64,000 bases of DNA, from the NCBI GenBank assembly GCA_977016875.1, contig CDRNST010000006.1, forward strand, positions 3,658,001 through 3,722,000, read 5' to 3'. Positions within the stretch are counted from its first letter, which is position 1; each line of letters begins with the position of its first letter. This document shows, piece after piece, positions 12,001 through 24,600 of this stretch. The notes below the pieces were generated by a model. That model saw only the letters and a list, made by a program, of their open reading frames with translations, was not told the origin of the DNA and ran no database searches. Source of the DNA: Pavona decussata. Lineage: Eukaryota. A program made the translations under genes and the position numbers.

Positions 12001-14608
12001 TGTTGCAAGGTTACGATGCCAGGTTAAACATTTCTAATTATATTTAAATTGAAGGGACGAAGCTGGGTCCTACATGTACATCTGACTGTAAACATTTCCT
12101 CAAGAGTTTGACAAGATTTTACAAAATTAAAAAGCAAAGAGCATGTTTTCTAGCTTAAGGCTATCTATACAATTTCCTCAAATTTGATCAGAAAATCTCT
12201 TGGTGTCAATCAGTCAAATAATCAGAGTTCATAATTTAAAAGCATTTGCCTTGTGTGAACATTTTCATAAATTGCCATTGATAAAATGACCAAAATTTTG
12301 TCTTTAAGCCAAGGCACTGGACATTTTCATGTTCTTACACAATCCATGAAAAATCGCAGAATTTGTACAAAATCGCACCATTTAAGAAAAAAAGAGCAAA
12401 ATCTCGCTTTATGTTAAGTTTTCTGATAATTTAAATGTTATCTCAAAGCGTTTTATCTTTCAAAAGGCCTCAAAAGTCGCCTGGAAGCGTTCTTTCATTG
12501 AACAAATGAACAAACAGGCGTTCTATGCGTCATTTTACATGTTGGGGACCTGGTGCTGGTTTTCAATATTAAGCAAGTGATCATTGGCCCAGAATAAACA
12601 ATTTCCATTTCTGTAAATACACCAATCAAAATCATTGATATATTTTTAAGAAGTCATTTGATCCCTTCATACTTGATTTCATACTTGCGATGTAAGTATT
12701 GGCGTGAAAACTGCTCGATGGTTGCTTGCAGTATGTAGTTATTCTGTTTTTTATTGAAACAAACATCCTCATTATGGAAAAGTTTGTTGTTAAAACACAG
12801 AGCGCTTCTTCACAGGAGAAAAAAAGATCACACCTTTCTGTAAATATTTTGGCGAAAGACAGGGCAAGAAAGTACCCCAAAGGAACATTTCATGTTGACG
12901 ATGGTCTGTTGTTTTGCTCTTCGTGTAACATAGTGGTTGATCATCTACAGAAGTTTGTGGAGGACAAGCACCTTGAAGCTGAGCCACACAAGCAGAACGC
13001 AGAAAAAAATTGTGGTTGCGAAGCAACAAACCTTGATAACAGTTTTGACCTTTTAAATGGAAACTCTTTCTTTGTATGTTGTGAAAAAAAACATTAACAA
13101 ATTGCCTGCAACTACTTTAATTTAGTTTTCTGCTTTTCTTATTAGAGGTAATAACTTCATACATGCCAAGCAAAAAAATAAATATCTGTCGATATTAAAC
13201 ATATTTATGGCTGCAAATGATCGGTGAGTTATGCTTGTGTCTACTGAAGTTGTTCTGTGTTTATTATTTGCATGTGACACTCAATTGACCAAATAAGCAA
13301 TCTCTGATCTTCAATAATTTGAAATGAGGTAACAAATGATTTATTTCAGCTGTTTCATCATTCCTTTGTGCCCTAATTGCTTCTTGAACAGCAAAAAATG
13401 GATTATGTTCCTCTTCGACCTAATAAAACAAGATTAAATTAGCTAAAATGAAATCACATGATTTGCCGCATAATAGACCTTTCTTGCCGCATAATTTCCC
13501 TGCTTTGTAGGTCAATAATAAATAAGACCACTTCATTGATTTTTCACAAATACTGGTCAGGAACAGTTTTGGAACAAGCTTGACATCAAATGTAGTTCAA
13601 GGATGTATGCACAGCAATAAAACATTAATTAATAAGCTGTTAACTCTTTGACAAATAATTTGCAAATGATCTGTCATTGTCTTTTCTCTTATCTTACGAC
13701 ATAAAATGAATACATCACCACAGTTCAATTCAAGTCTTCATTTCTCATGAACAAGGATAGGACCCAGCTCTTTTGATATCATATGGCCACCAAAAATTCA
13801 GTATAATAAATTATTGTGCACATGATTCAGTTTATGCTCAAATGATCATAAAGAGCTGTGTTTCTATGTGATAGCAAAGGATTTTAAATTTATGATTTCA
13901 AAACAGATATGTTTTGGTCAATAATTAAGGGATGAGTTTTGATTTGCAGAACATGGTTTCCATATTTTCACACAATCACAATTGATTGAAGGCTATCATG
14001 GAAGTTTCTTCAGTTCCCACATATGATCATAGATGTTTTGGTAACTGATTCTGCAATCAGCTGCATCCAGCTGCTTGAAGTCTGCTTACATTAAGAAATT
14101 TTGTGACATTGCAGTATGAACTTCAACGTTTTGAAAATTATTATTAAATGGTACACCATCAAAAGACCTATCCTAACAGTCGGGACCTATCTGTGAGGAA
14201 AATGAGTCAAGGGGAAATGGAATCGAAGGGCCCAGGTTTCACACACAGCCTGTCCTTTCACTCTACATTCCAACAAGGATGTCTGTTGACAGGCAAGAAG
14301 CATCTGTCTTCTGAGGCTTCAAGGCATAGTTTGTCACAACGCGATTTGATTGCTGCACACTGTGCACAGATATTGCCTTTGTGTGCGTTCATTTAACATG
14401 AATTCTTTCTTTTATAAAAAATGAATTAAAGCTTCCATATAGCTTTTCAAATTGCTCATTTGCACTTCAATTTTAGTAATACTTGACTCACCTTTCCGTA
14501 TGTGTACTGGAGCTTCGAGTTTTTCTGCTTAGCCTCATCCCGCCATTCCTCCAGCCACTTTAAGAAAAGTGGGTTGGGGCATTCTCTTTGTTTTTTACGA
14601 TGATTCAT
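71..14608 (-). CDS. MUS81: Crossover junction endonuclease MUS81 (XPF/ERCC4 family). 14 exons in window; 3' end lies beyond position 1.
   Basis: Exons 5'->3': 14492-14608, 11371-11443, 11181-11243, 9814-9944, 8788-8883, 7145-7225, 5643-5731, 4850-5164, 4518-4567, 2454-2552, 2126-2203, 1664-1776, 647-763, 71-166. All GT-AG and phase-consistent. Motifs: N-terminal HhH region ([39 protein letters not shown]), winged-helix region ([40 protein letters not shown]), ERCC4 nuclease ([59 protein letters not shown]). Confidence 0.95.
892..1314. mobile_element. Degenerate MITE with CCCGGGGG...CCCTGG-type ends in a MUS81 intron
   Basis: G/C-run-rich imperfect inverted termini (cccggggggtgggggttactccc / aagtacctctccaccctgg) and a repeated AAACAGGGT internal motif. 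Confidence 0.5.
2759..2833. mobile_element. 75-bp hairpin micro-MITE (TAGCCTGC...GCAGGCTA) with 9-bp TSD
   Basis: TIR tagcctgcgagcaagctct / agagcttgcttgcaggcta. Direct repeat GTTGATCGA at 2750-2758 and 2834-2842. Confidence 0.8.
3080..3447. mobile_element. Non-autonomous DNA transposon with ~38-bp TIRs and TTAA-like ends
   Basis: ttgaagtgctgagagcataaccgccctaaatgactttt versus the reverse complement of aaaagtcatttaggtcggttatggtctcggcccttcaa. Confidence 0.75.
3984..4275. repeat. Dispersed repeat with a related copy at about 56560-56850
   Basis: Both copies start with taagtaat..aaacac..gtgttt and end with tgaattattaatgagtttg/ttttgaa. Confidence 0.5.
6159..6582. mobile_element. TTAA-type non-autonomous DNA transposon
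   Basis: TIR taaaggaaacctccactctc / gagagtggaggttcccttta. Confidence 0.75.
6580..6973. mobile_element. Second TTAA-type element abutting the previous one
   Basis: Degenerate TIR ttacaggggcagtgtcac / gtaacaatacccctttaa. Confidence 0.6.
7725..8160. mobile_element. MITE TATACCTGCCAAC...GTTGGCAGGTATA, copy 1
   Basis: 13-bp perfect TIR, flanked by TAGTAG on both sides. Highly similar to the copy at 25102-25487. Confidence 0.9.
10658..10841. repeat. Long palindromic (foldback) repeat
   Basis: Arms caaatcaacggcagttttctatggtctatactcttatagaccataaaatga... and ...tcattttatggtctataagagtatagaccatagaaaactgccgtcgatttg are near-perfect reverse complements. Confidence 0.85.
11818..11899. repeat. Hairpin repeat (AACAATTAGACGG...CCGTCTAATTGTT)
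   Basis: Imperfect inverted repeat with an inner gtttctatcg/cgatagaaac stem. Confidence 0.65.
12340..13505 (+). mobile_element. hAT-derived relic carrying a CGGBP1-like BED zinc-finger fragment (ORF 12726-13097); boundaries approximate
   Basis: [45 protein letters not shown] matches the CGGBP1/hAT N-terminal C2H2 BED pattern (F..D.G.LFC..CN.V.H......HL....H). No transposase core follows. Confidence 0.65.
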
Positions 14609-15604
14609 GCCTATTTTGACGGTAAAAGCGAGGATTATTTGCAACCCAAATTAAAGCAGTTTATCATCTTATTTTGCCCGCCATCTCTGATCGCACCACG
14701 ATAGAACCGCTGACGTCAGGCTCAGAAAGATTTGTGGTGAGCCTGTGGTTCCTCTTGCGGTTCCTCTAGTAACACTTGCGCGCTGTGCAAGCCGGCTGAT
14801 GATTTTTGTGAGGACAAAAGATCCAATCTGCGCGGTTTTAACGTCTTTGATTGTTTGTTCTGCATTGCGTGGAAAATGGTAGCAAAACTCCAAATCTGTG
14901 GTGTAAACATGTAACTATTTTAGAAGAAACGTGGACGCCAGTAGACAACGCACCGGTCACCAGCTCAGTTCTTGTCAGTGAGCGGCTCGCCATCGCCACT
15001 GGGGCATTTATCCAGATGTTGAACTTTACGGGAATACTCTTTTTGCAAGAGACGTTCTGTTCTTGAAAAAGTTTTATCACTGCATGACAACTTTCATTGG
15101 ACGTAATTTTGCATTTAAATGGTAAGCGCCAGTGAATGGCCAAATGGTTTGCCTTGTTTTACGTTATTCCTTTCCACAATCGCCGAACCAATGCTTTTAA
15201 ATTTTAAATAGATTTGTGAGGATTTGCCATTATGCAGCATTATACGCCCACAGCCTATTGGTTCCTGCAGCTCATTATTTATTCGTAAAGCATATTTATT
15301 CCGGAACTAAAAGCGGATACGGGGTGTTTGAACTGAATAATGAACGCTTGAATCAGGTGGAAAAGCCTTCCTTCATTTGACATTTCTGACATCAACGCGC
15401 CAGTAATTCCTTCAACCGCTTGTAAACTACCGCCTGAAAATCATATTTTGGTGTTTCCAGAGTTGAGTATTCACAGCCATTGACGCCGCTTATTGTTGCT
15501 ATATGAACATGTCCGTTGGCCGTATGAATTTTGTGTACTTATCCTCCACTGTTTTATGGTTATAATGGGACGCAAAAGTCTTTCGGCGCAAGAACAAGGT
15601 GAAA
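14609..15604. promoter_or_regulatory. Divergent promoter region shared by MUS81 and the synaptotagmin-like gene
   Basis: Start codons about 1 kb apart on opposite strands; locally CpG-rich. A YY1-like AAAATGGC overlaps the synaptotagmin ATG. Confidence 0.65.
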
Positions 15605-18600
15605 ATGGCTGCCGCGTTGATGTCGTCGTTCGTCGATCTGACCGGACCACTCTCTCTAGGAGGTAAGTTGTTATTGTTTGGTTTTTGAAAAAGTTTGAAC
15701 TTTCTTGTTTCGCTGAAAATCGTCCAAGTTTTGGGTCAAATTGTTCAGAATGTGGGTTTAATAGAGTGAGTTTAGTTTATGTCAGTCAATAGTACTGCTT
15801 ATAATAAGCAAGCGATTTTCTGGGATCATTGCTCGCGTGGAAAATTTTGCCAACACTATCCGGTGCTGAAAGAATATCAAGAAACTTTTAAATGAAAGGA
15901 CAAGTTCGAAATCGCGACATAAATTTTTAATTTTACGCACTAAGCCCCACGTTGTCGTGAAGTGTTCGAAAAAAAATTGAATTAAGATTGTGCATCAAAT
16001 AAGGTCGTCATGAAAGGCTTGAAAATAATATTCTTTGTCATTCAACTTCGTTTCTTTTTGCGCTGGAGTTCTGGGCTTTTTAAGCCGTTGAACATTTTTT
16101 CAAGGAATGGCTTAATAGTATTTCGCAAATAACACAAAATTTACTTTGTAAGGAAGATCGAATCTTTCAAGTTTGCCTTTATAAACCTTTTGAGCTTAAG
16201 CCTATGTCTTTTTGCGAGTTGTTACTCTTTGTATTTTTCATTCATTCGGGTGAGGCCAAATGTTGCGGTTTCATAGAAACAGTCTTTTTAATGTTAGAAA
16301 ACAGCAAGAGTCTTAAAAAATACTCTTGCGCTGGCTAACTAAGTTTTGGATTAGTTTTACGAGCCATCAGGTATAAATGAATGTCAACAATGAATTATTT
16401 ATTCCACCATGTACTGTATCGGGTATGTGAACGTGTGTTTTGGCTTAATACATTTCTGCATGTGCTTCTCAGTCAGGCGCTTATTCGTAAACTCATGTTC
16501 TGGTCGCCTTTTACCCAGAAAGGGGCTTTTCATGTAATTTATTGATAAGAACTGTAGATGAAAAGATCACCGCACTGATCAACGCATGTTGTTTTGAGGG
16601 GTTCACAGTCGGTTTGAAGCGCGGGCGTTCATCGTGGAAATAATTTCAAAATTTTGTACAGTATAAACCGAGAAAATGACCATGTTAAAAGAAGCTTTTA
16701 GTTTTTTCTGCAGTCGGTTAGTAATAGTCGGGGATTTCTGTTCTTTTGGAGATGTCACCATCACGAGCAGGTGCGCTGTAGAGACCACAAGTCAAATGCT
16801 TCAGTACAGCTGCAGAGATCTCGGGCAGATTTGGACAGAAAAGAAATAAAAATTCATTTCACGTATGGAACGCTTGAGTGGGTACTCAAAAGAAAAACTT
16901 GACACATTGAAACGGACGTTTTCAGGTAGCTAGGAATCTGAATCCGTGAAGTTTTGTTCGTTAAATTCTGAATATGTGTTTTATTGACAAGCGGCGATAG
17001 TCGTCAGCAGCTTGTCTGCCAGTTGAAACCAATGTACTGTCATCACAATGCAAATGAGCATTTCATTTATTGTTTTGTGTTCATTTAAGAAGTGATGAAT
17101 CACAGAGTGTTTTCTAAGTGAGAAAGAAAGGCATTTCCTTAATTCGTTTCAGATGGTTTATTAGTTAGCCAAATCAAACTTATAATAATCAGTGTATTTC
17201 ATTTCTCATTATATTTTGTTAAATCTCATTGAGCCATAATAACAAATTCCAGCTTATGCACTAATAAAGAACAAAGTGTTAGATAAAAAAATCTTAAAAA
17301 TTACATAGGAAGATTTCAAACAAACTGAAGCTGTATTAAACTAAAGTGTCTGGTATCAAGGATTTATTGATAAACATTGGTTTGGTCTAATGCTGATAGT
17401 GTCATCTTGCCCCTCTCCCTCAAAAATACATTTGCAATGGCTGGCAAATTTCCCTGTAACACTTATCAAAAAAATGTTACCTGTTCTTCATCATTAGACA
17501 GTGAGACATGCAACCTTGTGTTCAACTGGATGTAATAATCTGAGAAGCATTAAGTTTTGTATTTCGATAATTTGTACAAAGTCGAATTATTACCCTGTAA
17601 CAAACAGTCATTGTCATGAGAGTAGTGTCATGATAGTTTTAAAATTAGAAGGAAAAAAAAGACATGCTAGCTTGCAATCAGCATAGAGTTACTAATATTG
17701 ACCAATACTGTAGTTAGTATTTAAAAATGGCGAAGCTATCTCTAAATATGTGATACCGGCATAACACCGGTCATGGGGTTAGATTTTTGTTAGTGATTTA
17801 TAATTGAGTTCAAACTTCTAAAATAGAAGGTCTTACTGTCATCCCTTGAGTGATAAACATGTTTTTCGGTTTATGTTCAGGTTAGAATCGTGTTCTCAAG
17901 TGGTGTTGCTAATCCATGGAACAGTGGAACTTACTAAAAATGTTTTATTTTGCACAGCTCTCTGGAAATAACCTATGCCAAGATCTGCTTTACACAGTTA
18001 TAAACCACACAAAAATACCTTTGTGTATTGGGTTGTTCCAAAAAAAATCCCCCCTCCCCCCAACGGATGACATTCCGGAAAATCTCACGGAAGGGGGGGT
18101 TCAAGGGGCTTGGAAATCCAGACGGGAGAGGGGGCGAAACCTAAAATCCACGTCTTCGGGGGTTAATTTTGAGCGATCGATGTTTCGATGACTTCGAGAT
18201 ATTCGGACCACTTATCTTCTTTTCAAATTGTATTATCCTTCGAACTGTACAATGCTTACCACATTTTTTTTAAGTTTCCTTCCACAGGATCCATTTTTAA
18301 CCTCATACTCGAGAAGGAAAACCGAGAAGAAAAACGAATTACTTTGCCGAGCGGATACTCGAAGTGTTCAGCGTACGCAATTAACGCCTGGAACTTTTTG
18401 ATGTTGTACCCAGGCCACTCGTGCGTAGGCTCGATTACCAGCCGCTCGATTTATACCGCTGCTCGATTACCAGTCAAGCTTTCTTATCCGATTTAGATTT
18501 CAGTTTTACAAATAATTTCGTGAATTTGTTTTGTTTTGAACTAAATCGACATAATTTGGTGACCGCGAGTTCTCTTTGCGCTTTGCAAATCGATAGCTAG

Positions 18601-21600
18601 GAAGAGGTTTAGCTCAAGTTAGAGTTTATAACACTTAACGACGGTTCATCAAGATGCCCGGAATAACACATGAAGGAAGCTTTACTTGCATTTGTTTTCT
18701 TGCGTCGACCATTTTGGCCGTCTTACATTGAAAAAGAAGATTAAGAGTGTCAGTTGACCTATTGACCCTTTGAGGTAAGCAATTTGAGTTTCGGGCCAAA
18801 AGAAAAATGATGATTTATTTACATCTGTCTGATGACTTGAATTGCCCTGTGTTTATAAGCTGCATAATTTTATGGAAGGTCTAGATGAAATTCTGCACGC
18901 ATTGTTCTGTTTTCTCAAGTAGTCTGAAGCCTTTTATTGTAGTTTTTGACACAAATATCACTTGGCCCTGAACCTGTGTGTTTTTCGTGGTCTGAAAAAC
19001 AACAAGACAAAAGAAGTTTACTCCGACTTGTAAAATGCCAATGTAACACAATTCAACACAAAATTAATGATGTCAACTTAAGTTCCGTGCAAGGATGCAC
19101 TCAATACGTGTTCCACTCTGAAGAAATGGCAAAGTTTTAAAACGCGATGCTTTAAATCCTTTGTTATTGTGAACCAAAATAACTCATTTGAAGGACAATT
19201 TAAATACCCCGAGTACGATATAGTGCGCTATCGCGCACCTTTGAAATTTTAATATGGCGACATATTAAACGTTTTTTACATAAAATATAGCTTAGCTTTC
19301 GCGGAAATCGAGGGTTAAATAATAAAAACAATTATCTAAATGCATTTACGAGTCTTCTGCATTGACGTTATTCAAAATTACGGCCTCAAGAAATTTCTGG
19401 AAATCCAGATGGGAGGGGGGGTCTTAGCCCTTGGAAATCCAGGCGGGAGGGGGGGTCTAGCGGCCCTGGAATTCCGGGTAGAGGGGGGGGGGTCAAAAAA
19501 GCATGCTATCCGTCAGGGGGTGTGGATTTTTTCTGGAATAACCCATTAGGCATTACTGACACCTGTACCTTAGATCACTGCTGAAAAGTTGGCTCAACCA
19601 TCCTCTTGTATACCTTGCACATGGTTCCAAAAAGGGCATCCAGTGCTTTGATTTTAAGCTAGCAAAATAATAACATTTTTGGAGGAAGGAAACGTTATTG
19701 ATGAAAGTGTGTTGGGACAGAAAATTTGGTAAATGGAACATCACATTATTAGGGTTGGTGGATACTTTTTCAAACACTACCGCATGTATGATTTTGGTCA
19801 AATGTAATGGGTTAATTCCAGTCTCCACATTGCTCAGAGTTCTTTTCTGAGACTAAGAAAGTGTCAGGAATCACAGAAAAGAATGCCAAGTCTTGAATTT
19901 ACCATATTGCATCTGGTTCAAGAGATCAGTAGAGATCGACTGAGGGAAAACCGAGCAAACAAGAATGACAGAAAAGCAAGAATAAAGGAATGAAAATCCA
20001 GTTTTCAAACGGTTAAGAGTTGAGAGATATCTACGCTGTAGGAAAATTTGGCTAAAACAAAAGCCCTCGAGCTCTCAATGTTCCTATAATTGTGAGAAAG
20101 TGGGTCCTACTAGAATCAAAGGCTCCTGTGTAAAAAACACTATTCGAATTGTGTTTGTTGGCCCAGGAATCAAAATATAAACTGTATTTAACAAGAAAGC
20201 CATAAAGAATAAGCGGTCTCATTTAATTGTTCAGCATTTACCGTATTTATGGAATACTCGAATAAGCGCCGCGGCGCTCATTTAATTTTTCGTGTCTCCT
20301 GTGCGGCGCTTATTCGAGGGCGGCGCTTATTAACCCTTTAATCCCTAAGAGTGCCATTTGGCACATAAGGCCACAACTCTGTCAATATTTGACAGATTTC
20401 TATGAATTTTTCACACCAAGATGATCTTGTGAAGATCTACTCATTAAAAGAAGAAAAACTTTACCCCCTCCCATATGTGATATGGTTGACCACCCCCATA
20501 ACTTTTCAACTTTTTTCCCCTAGAAGTTGTGGGTCTTAAGACATCTCTCACATTTATGAAGACGTTGAGACCTGCAAAAGGGGTAGGGGTATATTTAGGG
20601 GTATACCTAATATACACAAGGATTGGGACGTTTTTGAAGTTTTAAATTTTTACGTTTTAAGGCCATTTATCTCAAAGCCATAACTTTTCTCTTTCATAAT
20701 TATATCAGTTATGAAATACACTCATGAGTAGCTTTAAAATGGTATATCATACATAGACATTGAGTTTGTAGACTTGGATCTGGAGAAAATGTCGTTTTGC
20801 CTTAGGGGTTAAAGGGTTAAAAGGCTCATACCACAAAGCCAAAACATTTTGATTTTACAAGCAAACGCTGACAATCTCCTTACTGCAACAGTTACAGGGA
20901 AGAGAAAGAGGGAGGTTGGGCTTGTCTAACCGGCGAAGTTTACAGCCTTCACGCAAAAACTGAAGAACAAGAACATTTTGAAGAGAGAATTGAATGAAAA
21001 AGCATCAAGATATACTCACTTCGAACTGAAAAACATCACTATTGCTGGCTTAGAACCGCATTGCAGCAATTACAGTGTATTTTTATCATCTTGTGGAAAT
21101 ACTCAAATAAGCGCCGCACTGGAGCTGCGGCGCTAATATTCGAGGGCGACACTTATTAAACATTCCGCTCCATATGCGGCGCTTAATCGAGGGCGGCGCT
21201 TATTCGGAGGCGGCGCTTATTTGAGTAAATACGGTATGCCACATTCTACTCCACTTAGATTTTTAGCCGTTCCTCTCAGTGAGATTGAGCTCCTTGAATA
21301 CATGTAGTTCAGGGACCATTAGTACCATTAGTACTTAAATTACTGTCAGTGGTATTCAGTTCAACCCAAGGGAAAAAAGTGAAATATTACTTCAACTGAG
21401 CTTCTACAAACAAAAATACATTTACAGTGTTTTCATGGCAAGAATAAAATTGAGGTACATTAAAAACATCATGCAAATTCCTTTCCAAGGAACGGTCTGT
21501 CATGTCTGAGCACATACACAAAATGATTTAATGAGTAAAATTTTCTGCCATTTTTAGCAAAAATATGTATGCCTCATTACATTGACTTTTGTTTTTTTAG

Positions 21601-24600
21601 TTCTAGTGTTTGAAAGAATTATCTGTTGTGCCATAATAATGGCTAATTGAGAAAATTTTTATCATTTATTGAAGTGAAATCTTCTTGCCATGCTTGTTCA
21701 TGCATGAAGGGCAGTTTCTCGTCTTGACTAAGTTCAACGTTGGCCTGTTGTACTTCCTAGGTGCTAACTTTTCTTAACTTCAATCAAAAACAAGGCAAAC
21801 TGTATTATTTTCTAGAATAGATTTGATTGTCGATAATATATAATAGTCGTTTGTCTTATACAGTCACTTAAGTTGTAGATTGGGGTTACTGTTAGTCTTT
21901 GTCAGGCGAGGAGGAAGTTGATTGTCAATGTTTTTACAATGGTTGAGGTCACACTTGAGCATTTTTTACCACAGTAAAGTGAAGCTTACTAATGTATGGT
22001 AAACACAATTTTAAGTGTGACCGCTTTTTTTCACTTACAGTGTAACCATGGTAAAATGTAATATGTATATTTGGTTTGTCGTGATAGCAATGGCGGCAGG
22101 ATGAAATTAAAGTTTACTATGGTAAACCGACCTGAAAAAGCATGGTACATCATGCCTTTATCTAAACTTTGTTTACTTAAGTGACAGTTTGTCTACTTTT
22201 TTGATATGAAACGTCCTGAGCTCTGGAAATTATGTAGGACGTGTAGTGAAATGGCACCATTTCAATATTCATGCTTGTCTTGAAGTCTTCACATCCAACC
22301 ATGTGTGTAACATCTACTTAGCTGAAAATATCCTGAGAAATGGCAGAAAACAGCTTCAATTCAAAGTAAGTTAGACTTAATTAGCCGAACTCGTCTCAAG
22401 AGGAAACACTCATCAGCTTCTGCTGTCTTCTCTTACAAAGAAAATACATGCATCTGCAAAGTGATGAATCTGGACCCTCTAACTTTCCAGATAGCGATTA
22501 TTAAAACGAGAAGAGCAGCAATTGAAAGAATCACGTGTTCAGACTCTGGCACAAATTGCGAAAACAAAATTCCCAGACAAAAGTCACGCATGTACGGAAG
22601 TAATTTCTAGGGCATATTTATTTTTGTCATCAAATTGCCGTTTTGATTAACAGGCTGAGACAAGAGGCTATCTGGCTAATGTCTAAGCTTTGACTTAAAT
22701 GTTGTCAAGTTCAGATGTCAGCTGGTAACTGGTTCCACAGCTTAGGGGCAGAGATTGCAAAAGCTCTCGCACCATACATCTTCATGTACTTCATGTACAT
22801 GTAGCCAATACAGGAAGTAGGGTTTAACATCATTAGAAACAGGTTTGCAGTTTGACAAACGTTTGCAACTTCCAACGGAAGTCAGTATACAGCTGTATAG
22901 ACATGTATGTTCTTATAATGTTTGGCTTTCTATGCTTTCTATGCTTTTGGGTTCAAAGTTCACCTTTTTGTATTGGAAATTTTTTTGTATGTCTGTTTTA
23001 GGTGATATTCTTATTGTGCAGTTCCAGAAAATATCCATACCCCCCCCCCCCCCCCCCCACGGAAGGTCATTGGAAATTCCGAGGAGGAGGGGGACTAATA
23101 GACGGAAATTTCCGAGGGGTTGGGGGTGTTCCTATGAAGAATTTCTCCAGAGGGTAAGGAAATTCCCGAAAAAATCGTAAGCGAGGCACAAAGTTGGCTG
23201 ACAAGAATTTTCAGTCGCCACTACGGACAAATAATTATAATCCAGCATAAAAGCAGCGTAAACGATGAGTCATTCTGGAAAAAGTCATTTTGGTAGAAGT
23301 GTTGTTTGGTTAGTCCTTCTGATAAGCGAAATTAGCGCGTGACAGGTATTTTTCTTATTTCAACTTCCCGCATGCATGGCTGTGACTTCACAATCGTTTG
23401 GAGTTCGACTTTTGAATTAAAGAAAAGCCCTCTTTACTCGTATTGTAACATCAAATGAGGAGATTAAAATGTTTCTGAACAAAGCAACTATTTTTTATGA
23501 GCATGGCCTTCTTGTAGTTCCACAGGCTAGTTTGAGGTTGAAATCTATTTCTGACACGACGAAATGTACAACGGGCAGGCGTGCTGTCAGCGCTGTCGTG
23601 TTCGATGAAATTATTTTACTGCGGCCACAAATCGTGTAATTTCTATAATGGAATCTTTCACAAAAAAGATTTCTGGAAGAAGGGAAAAGATTCTGCAGAG
23701 ATATTTCCATCCAGTGAATATTGATGAACATTGGAGTTGAAATTTGATCCTGAGGTAGGGACGTTTATTTTGTAAAAACCTGACATAAAACGTTGAAAAC
23801 ACAAACTTCTTTTCTTTCTCAAATTCATTTCATTCACGATCTCAGTGCCGAGATGTGACTCCACGGACTAATTAATTTTGAAGTTTTGAAAGGAGAACCT
23901 TTTGAAACTGTTCACAAAGGCGGCTTTGTGCATGTAGCCAGTTTCGACTGGGTTTTCAAAGTTCTTCAAAATTCTACTTGATAAATTAAAATCCAGCATC
24001 GTATATTCAATGTGCAACTTATATTCATAGCGGTTTCTTCGCGGTAATAGCAAACGTTTTTCTGCGGAGGTCATTATGAAAATGGAATTTGCAAAGGCTG
24101 GTCGTTTTTAGGCGAAAAAGAAAAGTTGTAATGTGATGGAGATAATTAAGCGCTCGAGAGAGTAATAGACGTAAACTACGCAACAACAAAGAATTAAGCC
24201 GTGTTTTATTGAGTCAGACGTAAAAAATCGACCATTTTAGAGTTTTTTCCAATTTTTCCGGATGTGATTTTAGCAAAAGGATAAACAAGTAAAATAGTGA
24301 AGTGTTGTAAAATCTTGTAAATAGCTGAACTAGAGTAGTCGATGTTGCTTCAATAATAAAAAAAAAATTGATCGTAATAGTGTGCGTCGTCAATTTTCTT
24401 AGTTTAAATGGATTTTGAACTTCTGAGGGGTTCAGGGAGGAGGGTTTTAATAACCCGAGAAATTCCGGAGGGGTGGGGGGGGGGTTATCATAAACCCTCT
24501 AGAACGGAAATTCCGAGGGGTGGGGGGTTAAAATAAAAAACCTTCCGTGGGGGGTATGGATATTTTCTGGAACTGCACATTCCTAGCCATTACATTTTGT

